Part shown: piece by piece, positions 58,011 to 64,000 of the stretch | Layout: every line of letters begins with the position of its first letter | Numbering within the stretch: position 1 is the stretch's first letter | Assembly: GCA_016234115.1 (NCBI GenBank) | Contig: JACRHD010000067.1 | Location: 13,875-77,874, forward strand | Length of the DNA stretch: 64,000 bases | Source: Nitrospirota bacterium | Lineage (GTDB): Bacteria > Nitrospirota > Thermodesulfovibrionia > UBA6902 | Reading direction: 5' to 3' | The notes under the pieces: model-generated | Told to the model about the DNA's origin: nothing | Databases searched by the model: none | The model's input: the letters and a program-made list of their open reading frames with translations, nothing else | Position numbers and translations under genes: made by a program

Positions 58011-59201
58011 TTAGCGACCATTGAAGTGGGATGCAGCAAAGGCATTGAATGTATCGGCTATTGTCTCAATATCAATTCCATTAAGTTGCTGATGCACTGG
58101 AAGACCCAATAAATGAGCAGACAAATACCCCGCATCAGGAAAATCAGGAACAGATAGAGTTTTGTGATGGAACCGGCCAAAGACAAATGGATAAAGTCCC
58201 GCGCGATTCATTTCAGCGACGAGCGTGTCCCGTTTCTCAACGGAAATAACAAAACAGAGGGGACATACCCCTTCATCCATAGCCTGAAACATGATTTTTA
58301 CTTTCTCTGAAGCCCTGATCATCTCACTCAACAGCAGATAATTATGCCTTCTCTGCTTAACCGTCTCCTCATATGATTCCTTGTTGAGTAAAGGCATTGA
58401 AAGCGCGCTAATGGCATTATGGTAATCATATCTCGGCACTTCATAATACCAGCGCATATCTTTTCCTGCAGTGTCTGAAGGATCTTCTGCGTTACCGCCG
58501 TTCATGGCACGGTACAGATCGAGTAACCCGGATGATATTTTCCCCGTTATAGATTTATCCACTGCCTTATATTCAAGCACCGACTTTATTGTAGTTTTGA
58601 GAAGCGCCGGCTCAAAGAACTTCCTGCCTGGCAAAGGATCGGGAAGGTCCCCGGCATTACAGAGCAGTCCTCCTCCGTTAGGTAAGGCAATTGTCTTTTG
58701 GAGGCTGTAAATTCCGAAAGCTCCAAAGCTCCCAAGCCATTTCCAGTTATATTGTGAATAAAGCGCATGGGCGCAATCTTCTATCAGCAACAACTTCTTG
58801 TCCCGGCAAAATTCCAGTACCTTCCCCATATTCTGAGGAAATCCAAAGTAATGAATGACTACCAAAGCCCGCGTCTGATTAATTACGCGTCGGTCAAGAT
58901 CATTAAAATCAACACCCAAATCTTTTCTTATATTGTAAAAATCAACCTGATAACCGGCTCGCATAACGGCTTCAACCTCAACCCCGCAGTGAAATGAAGG
59001 AACAAGCACCCTGCTGTTTTGCGGCAAGCATGTTGCTTTCATAGCATAATATAGAGCCGCTCTTCCAGAGGCATAAAGGAAGAATCTTTTCTGAGACAAA
59101 ATCGGATCCGACGCTTCCCGGTTCCTGATATAATTTAGCGGATTAATATTTGGAAATGAACTGATATTGCGGATCATGGCTCTTACGTCTGAAGCTTTCA
59201 T
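58011..59201 (-). CDS. DegT/DnrJ-like PLP-dependent aminotransferase-fold protein
   Basis: 'LLIEDCAHA', 'GIYSLQKTIALPNGGGL' resemble DegT-family motifs including PLP-lysine position. Confidence 0.6.
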   Translation of the reverse strand: MKASDVRAMIRNISSFPNINPLNYIRNREASDPILSQKRFFLYASGRAALYYAMKATCLPQNSRVLVPSFHCGVEVEAVMRAGYQVDFYNIRKDLGVDFNDLDRRVINQTRALVVIHYFGFPQNMGKVLEFCRDKKLLLIEDCAHALYSQYNWKWLGSFGAFGIYSLQKTIALPNGGGLLCNAGDLPDPLPGRKFFEPALLKTTIKSVLEYKAVDKSITGKISSGLLDLYRAMNGGNAEDPSDTAGKDMRWYYEVPRYDYHNAISALSMPLLNKESYEETVKQRRHNYLLLSEMIRASEKVKIMFQAMDEGVCPLCFVISVEKRDTLVAEMNRAGLYPFVFGRFHHKTLSVPDFPDAGYLSAHLLGLPVHQQLNGIDIETIADTFNAFAASHFNGR

Positions 59202-59203
59202 CC

Positions 59204-60202
59204 TTACATCCCGGATACCGACAACCTGAAACGCGCCGGATATGAAGTAAGATCGTTCCCAGCAGGTATTCTTCCTATTCGATAGGGTGTATGCTTGCCG
59301 GTTTCATAAAGAGATGACTCTGTCGTAAATGCACATACGTAACCGCATTTCTTCAAATACTCCACATGCCGTTCATTAAAATCAATTTCCGGCTTGCCGT
59401 TCGGATAGCAAAAACTCAGAACTTCTCTCCCGAGTATTCGAGACAGCCTCTCTCTCGGCTCCCTAATTTCCTTTCCCCAATCTCCCTCGTTAATATTCGT
59501 TAAAATGCTATGCCCTGCAGTATGAACGCCGAATTCTATAATGTCGGATTTTTCCATCTCAAGAACTTGCGTCCATGTCAGCATTTTAAAGTCATCAGGC
59601 AAAGGTTCCCGACTTCCGGCATTTCTCCTCAGGTTATCCATCATCAGGTTTCTGTCATTCTCGGATATCCTTTTCATTTTATTTACAGTATAAACATATA
59701 CGTCCCAAACATTGTCATTTCCGGGCATACTCCCGCGACATACGTCGATCTTTCCCAAATCCTTACCCTCTTTAATCATTTTCTTTATTAGAAAAAACAA
59801 TTCATCAAACCAAAAAACCTTATCGGTATCCATGAAATCCATCGTTAAGAATATTGCGGCTGGAACTTCATGCTGCCTTAATAAAGGGAAAGCAACAGAG
59901 TAATTATTCTGCAATCCATCATCGAAAGTTATTAAAGCCGCTCTATCCGGCAATTCTTCTCCGTGCCGAACACACGATATCACTTCGCTTAAAGACAATA
60001 TATTATATTCAGATTTAAGAAACCTTATTTGTTCTACAAATATTTCCTCCGGTAACTGGGTCCAAACAGGTGGGTCATAGTTTTCCCTGGTTATTCCGTG
60101 ATACATGACCACCAAGAGCTTATGTCTGTTCGCATAACGCAATATATAATCAATTCTGCATGCTACTAATATATTGCTGAGTATCTTCTTTATCAGAACC
60201 AA
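59204..60202 (-). CDS. Polysaccharide deacetylase (CE4) family protein
   Basis: 'ALITFDDGLQNNYSVAFPLL' NodB motif 1 and downstream His motifs. Confidence 0.8.
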   Translation of the reverse strand: MVLIKKILSNILVACRIDYILRYANRHKLLVVMYHGITRENYDPPVWTQLPEEIFVEQIRFLKSEYNILSLSEVISCVRHGEELPDRAALITFDDGLQNNYSVAFPLLRQHEVPAAIFLTMDFMDTDKVFWFDELFFLIKKMIKEGKDLGKIDVCRGSMPGNDNVWDVYVYTVNKMKRISENDRNLMMDNLRRNAGSREPLPDDFKMLTWTQVLEMEKSDIIEFGVHTAGHSILTNINEGDWGKEIREPRERLSRILGREVLSFCYPNGKPEIDFNERHVEYLKKCGYVCAFTTESSLYETGKHTPYRIGRIPAGNDLTSYPARFRLSVSGM

Positions 60203-60217
60203 TGTATCTTAAACACC

Positions 60218-61360
60218 TCAGCTTCTCTTTTCGGTTGCTCTCTTGCTGAACCCTTCTGTTTTAACCTTTCCGGAGACGAATCTGTCTCTCACGGCCAACA
60301 CTCGGGGGTATAGAGAACTCTTACGAAAAGCGCATACGAGCTGCGGATAAATCCTTTTATTATAAATTACTATCTGTTTTTCCGGCCGATTCGTATCCGT
60401 CCACCTGCGCTTATAAGGTGCATCATACCCCAAATCCATCAACTCAACATCTCCATACCCATAGAGTCTCTCAAGCACATTAAGATGAAGAAGCATTCCG
60501 GGTGAGACGTCAAAATATTTTTCTTTATATCCTGTTTCAATTGCAAAGTATGTTTTCTTGAATCTCGCCCCCGAAAGATAGGCAATCGGTTCCTCATTCA
60601 GATAGAGGAAGGAAACGTCCAGGACCCCTCTACGGGAAAAATTATCCGCCATTGCCTCAAGGAATTTATTCCCTTTTTCATTCGCCGCGAGATGAACGCC
60701 CTTTTCACCTTGCCAGCTTTCGACGCCAATAGACCTGATTTTTTCTAATATACAAGATAAGTCGCGAGCATCTGCATGCTCAAAAAATATTTTGCCCCAC
60801 TCATTTATTCTCCTGCTTTTTTTCCGGTAATTGGCCCTGAAGTTTTTTGACCTTGAATTAAAATAATCTTCATAAGTCCCCTTAATCTCAATCACAGGAT
60901 TCTGCATGTCAATCACCTCATATTTCCGACTTTGCCCCGAAGATATTTCGTTTAATATCTCATTTGACTGAGGACCCAGTCTCGTGAAACTTGCAATATC
61001 CCATTTCACTTTCTTCTCAAGCTCTGCAAACAACCCCGTAATTATCTCCTGTTGCGCAGTTAAAATGGGAAAGTCTTCCCTGCCGAAGCCTTTACCCATA
61101 AAGCCCAGTCTGCGAACCGGGAAACCGCTAAATTTTTCTTTCTGGACCGTCAAGGGGATAATACCGACTAATGAGTCGTCCTGATATGCCAGGAAAACAA
61201 ACACTTCTTCATTTTCCGCGTAAACGTCCCACCAGTCGGTCAGCCAGCCATGATCCAGATAGTAAGCCTCGGGGAAATGACGGGCGACAAAAGCATCCCA
61301 TGTGTCCTTTATGGATGAAAATTGTTCTGTACCTGTGAGACACTTTATCTTAATCATCAT
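60218..61360 (-). CDS. FemAB-like/GNAT-fold acyltransferase of the PEP-CTERM-associated type
   Basis: 380-aa FemAB-like architecture; co-occurrence with exosortase, PEP-CTERM protein, AsnB-type amidotransferase and deacetylase typical of EPS loci. Confidence 0.55.
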   Translation of the reverse strand: MMIKIKCLTGTEQFSSIKDTWDAFVARHFPEAYYLDHGWLTDWWDVYAENEEVFVFLAYQDDSLVGIIPLTVQKEKFSGFPVRRLGFMGKGFGREDFPILTAQQEIITGLFAELEKKVKWDIASFTRLGPQSNEILNEISSGQSRKYEVIDMQNPVIEIKGTYEDYFNSRSKNFRANYRKKSRRINEWGKIFFEHADARDLSCILEKIRSIGVESWQGEKGVHLAANEKGNKFLEAMADNFSRRGVLDVSFLYLNEEPIAYLSGARFKKTYFAIETGYKEKYFDVSPGMLLHLNVLERLYGYGDVELMDLGYDAPYKRRWTDTNRPEKQIVIYNKRIYPQLVCAFRKSSLYPRVLAVRDRFVSGKVKTEGFSKRATEKRS

Positions 61361-62520
61361 CTGATATGTGTCCCATTGACGATGTTCCTATAGTATTCTT
61401 CAATGATCTGCAGTCTCCTGCTGAAAGAAAATATCTCTTCGATTCTTTTCCTTCCGGCCGTTGATACTTTCTCTCCTGCTTCTCTATTTTTTATAAGCTC
61501 CATAATCTTACTTGCAATACCTTCTATGTCGCCTATGTTGAATAAAAAAGCAGACTCACCGTTTACAACCATTTCAGGGATGCCCCCGACATTTGTAGAA
61601 ACTACAGGGATGCCCAAGGACATTGCCTCAAGCATGGTATTAGGGATGCCTTCTGTCAGCGAAGTCATAAGGAACAGATCAAATGAGCAATATACATTGA
61701 TCAGATCGCTGCGGAATCCGGTAAATATGACCCTGTCCTTTACTCCAAGCTTATCAGCATAAGAAACGAGTTCGTCCTTTTCATCCCTCTTACCATCTCC
61801 GACAATTACAAAATAAGCATTGGGCATCTCGCCGGCAATAGTTTCTGCTACATTGAGAAACGTACCATAGTCCTTTTCCTCGCTGATCCTTCCTACTGTT
61901 CCAACCACATAAGCATTTTCAGGAATATTCCACTCTTTCTTTAATGACGGATGCTGTCCTGTATTGCGCCATCGCTTCTCGTCAATTCCGTTATATATAA
62001 CTCTGATCTTGTCGGCGGTTATCCCGCTCTCGACCATCAAAGACTTGGTCGCCCCTGAAACAGCTATGAGATTTTCAAATCTTCGCAAGGTCCTGAGGTG
62101 TATCCTCTTATAAAGACTGCCTTTTAAACTATTGGTAATCCACCCGTGTGCCGTTGAAAGCAAACGGACTTTCGGGTTTAAAATTCCAAGAATATACGCC
62201 AGCATGTCTGTCTTGACATCATGGCCATGGATTATATCAATATCGAACTCTTTAACAATACTGTTAAGTTCGATAATACATTTGACGTCAATCTTGCTTC
62301 TATCCAGAACTTCAATGTACTTGAATCCCCGTCCCCCGGCCATTTTGCCTATCTGGAAATTATTGTCGCGAATATCCCTTAGATACACTACGACAGGATT
62401 TACAAGGGCCTTATTATGCTTTTCTGCGGAAAGTAATATTGTTTTATCCGGACCGCCTCCGGTCGTATAAGTCCCCCGCAGTTCCATAAGGTTAATTGGC
62501 TTGTCAATACTGGACGGCAT
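61357..62520 (-). CDS. Glycosyltransferase family 4
   Basis: C-terminal 'EGIPNTMLEAMSLGIPVVSTNVGGIPEMV' GT4 motif; stop overlaps downstream start. Confidence 0.8.
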   Translation of the reverse strand: MPSSIDKPINLMELRGTYTTGGGPDKTILLSAEKHNKALVNPVVVYLRDIRDNNFQIGKMAGGRGFKYIEVLDRSKIDVKCIIELNSIVKEFDIDIIHGHDVKTDMLAYILGILNPKVRLLSTAHGWITNSLKGSLYKRIHLRTLRRFENLIAVSGATKSLMVESGITADKIRVIYNGIDEKRWRNTGQHPSLKKEWNIPENAYVVGTVGRISEEKDYGTFLNVAETIAGEMPNAYFVIVGDGKRDEKDELVSYADKLGVKDRVIFTGFRSDLINVYCSFDLFLMTSLTEGIPNTMLEAMSLGIPVVSTNVGGIPEMVVNGESAFLFNIGDIEGIASKIMELIKNREAGEKVSTAGRKRIEEIFSFSRRLQIIEEYYRNIVNGTHIR

Positions 62521-62528
62521 ATTTACGA

Positions 62529-63074
62529 CTATTCCCGATATGACCTTTTCCTGTTTATTACTCCAGGATTACCAACTACACAGCAATCATCCGGGACAGA
62601 TTCCCGGACCACAGAATTGGCCCCTATGATGCAGTTGTCTCCGATTGTTATCTCGCCGATTATCTTCGCTCCTGCGCCTATCAATACATTATTGCCGATT
62701 CTTGCAGCGCCGCCTTTTCCTCCCCTGTCGCCGATAGTCACCTCATGATAAACTGAACAGCCCTCGCCCATCTCAACTGAAGGGTGAAAAATAATTCCTC
62801 CGAAATGATGTATCCTGAAGCCCTTGCCGATCCTGCATTCAACCGGGATTGAGATGCCGGTTGTAATTTCTACAAACCTTTCAATTATGAAGCGGAGAGG
62901 CTGTGAAGGAATTCTTTTTATGTGAAACCACCGGAAAAACCGATATACCAGTATCGCCTGAAAGCCCTGAGATAATATTCCCCTGATTAAAGTTCTGGCA
63001 GAAATGTTGCCGTCACTGAGTCTTCCAAGGTCGGCTGATATATTTTCAAACATTTCGGTAATCATTTGCCCCAA
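62529..63074 (-). CDS. Hexapeptide-repeat (left-handed beta-helix) acetyltransferase, serine-O-acetyltransferase-like
   Basis: Tandem [LIV]G-x4 hexapeptides 'IGNNVLIGAGAKIIGEITIGDNCIIGANSVV'. Confidence 0.75.
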   Translation of the reverse strand: MGQMITEMFENISADLGRLSDGNISARTLIRGILSQGFQAILVYRFFRWFHIKRIPSQPLRFIIERFVEITTGISIPVECRIGKGFRIHHFGGIIFHPSVEMGEGCSVYHEVTIGDRGGKGGAARIGNNVLIGAGAKIIGEITIGDNCIIGANSVVRESVPDDCCVVGNPGVINRKRSYRE

Positions 63075-63116
63075 GGGTCACGAACACCCTGCGGTCTATG
63101 GCCTGCGGCAATAGCT

Positions 63117-64000
63117 CTATGTCTCAATAAATTCTTCAAACCATAACGAAAACATAAAAAGCGACCAGAGCACTGTTCCATAATTCGCCTTGTGCATCCG
63201 GTGCTTTTCCCATATTTCCATTATTTCTGGCACATTAAAAAAATCACTCATATAATCTTTGCTGAACAGATAATCATAAGCCATATGTTTCAGTTCCACT
63301 CTGAACCAGTTGTCGAGGGGGACCTCAAAGCCATGCTTTCTTCTGTTCATTATCTCAGAAGTAAGTATCTTTCCGAAGGCCTCTTTCAGTATTATTTTCT
63401 TGCTCTTCCCTTTCACTTTTAACATAGAGGGCACCTTTGCGGCAAACTCAATTACCTTGTGATCCAGCAGCGGCGAGCGGACTTCAAGTGAATTTGCCAT
63501 ACTCATTCTGTCAACCTTTACGAGGATATCTCCCGGCAGAAAGGATTTCAGATCAGTATAAAGTATTTTTGAGAAATGGTCGTCACCGTTCGCCCTGTTA
63601 TAATATCTCAGCGTATGTTCGCCGGGATTGTAATCACCGGTTTCTTTTTTCATCACATCGGAAAGGACTCGCCCCAGAAGATCGTCCGGGAAAAAGGTAT
63701 TTGTGATGTAATAACCTTCCGCAGGAGACAGTTTCGCCGTGCTCGACAGGGAATATATCTTCTTCGTGAAACCTTTTTCACTACCGTTAAATACACTGCA
63801 TAATGCATTTAATAGCACATGCGGGACGATACTTCTTACTCTGTTCTCTATCCGGTCGATGCTGTACTTCTCATATCCTCCGAAACTCTCATCGCCGCCG
63901 TCGCCGGAAATAGCGACCGTTACAATCTCCCTTGCCACCCGGCACACATGATAAGTCGGCACCATCGACGAGTCGGCAAACGGTTCATCAAAATGCCACA
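63117..64000 (-). CDS. asnB: Asparagine-synthase-family amidotransferase (exosortase/EPS-associated AsnB type), N-terminus beyond window end
   Basis: Reading frame continues open to position 64000 with 'WHFDEPFADSSMVP' and 'ISGDGGDESFGGYEKY' AsnB C-domain motifs. Confidence 0.75.
   Translation of the reverse strand, partial: WHFDEPFADSSMVPTYHVCRVAREIVTVAISGDGGDESFGGYEKYSIDRIENRVRSIVPHVLLNALCSVFNGSEKGFTKKIYSLSSTAKLSPAEGYYITNTFFPDDLLGRVLSDVMKKETGDYNPGEHTLRYYNRANGDDHFSKILYTDLKSFLPGDILVKVDRMSMANSLEVRSPLLDHKVIEFAAKVPSMLKVKGKSKKIILKEAFGKILTSEIMNRRKHGFEVPLDNWFRVELKHMAYDYLFSKDYMSDFFNVPEIMEIWEKHRMHKANYGTVLWSLFMFSLWFEEFIET

Noticed and set aside
26050-64000. Searched for integrase, transposase, tRNA or phage genes to explain the AT-rich island
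   Set aside because: None of the ORFs show recombinase/transposase motifs and no tRNA-like cloverleaf was recognised; the island is therefore called only on composition and gene content.

Overview
Window from an anaerobe-type bacterial chromosome (multiheme c-type cytochromes, rubrerythrin, DUF362 Fe-S protein), with no rRNA, tRNA, CRISPR array, transposase or integrase recognised. Two compositionally distinct halves. (1) About 1-26.2 kb is GC-rich core genome. It carries a four-gene membrane electron-transfer module on the minus strand (anchored tetraheme cyt c, Tat-exported NrfC-like 4x[4Fe-4S] protein, NrfD/PsrC-like integral membrane protein, 11-heme cytochrome c). Next comes an oxidative-stress/iron cluster (RidA, ferritin-like protein, rubrerythrin, DUF362 Fe-S protein). 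Housekeeping genes follow (PBP1-type transglycosylase, rpe, PASTA protein, fmt, def, trmJ, queF, thiD, class II aldolase, Nudix). It ends with a two-subunit molybdenum hydroxylase operon (2Fe-2S small subunit, Tat-exported Moco large subunit, XdhC, MocA). (2) About 26.2-64 kb is markedly AT-richer and looks like an accessory glycan/EPS island. It has a Crp/Fnr regulator, secreted Fn3/PKD/choice-of-anchor-D/InlB-B-repeat proteins and a PEP-CTERM protein with EpsI and exosortase. It also encodes multiple GT2/GT4/GT39-like glycosyltransferases, Wzx flippase, Wzy/O-antigen-ligase-like protein, DegT aminotransferases, APS kinase plus sulfotransferase, an ATP-grasp enzyme, FAD oxidoreductase, CapK-like adenylating enzyme, polysaccharide deacetylase, FemAB-like protein, a hexapeptide acetyltransferase and an exosortase-system AsnB-type amidotransferase running off the window end. 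Non-coding highlights: a 3-copy family of about 75-bp palindromic elements built from 7-bp-periodic GTNAC units at gene ends; a 3-copy MITE-like repeat with gtcattccc/gggaatgac terminal inverted repeats in intergenic regions; a perfect 25-bp stem hairpin between def and fmt; a decayed endonuclease V gene.
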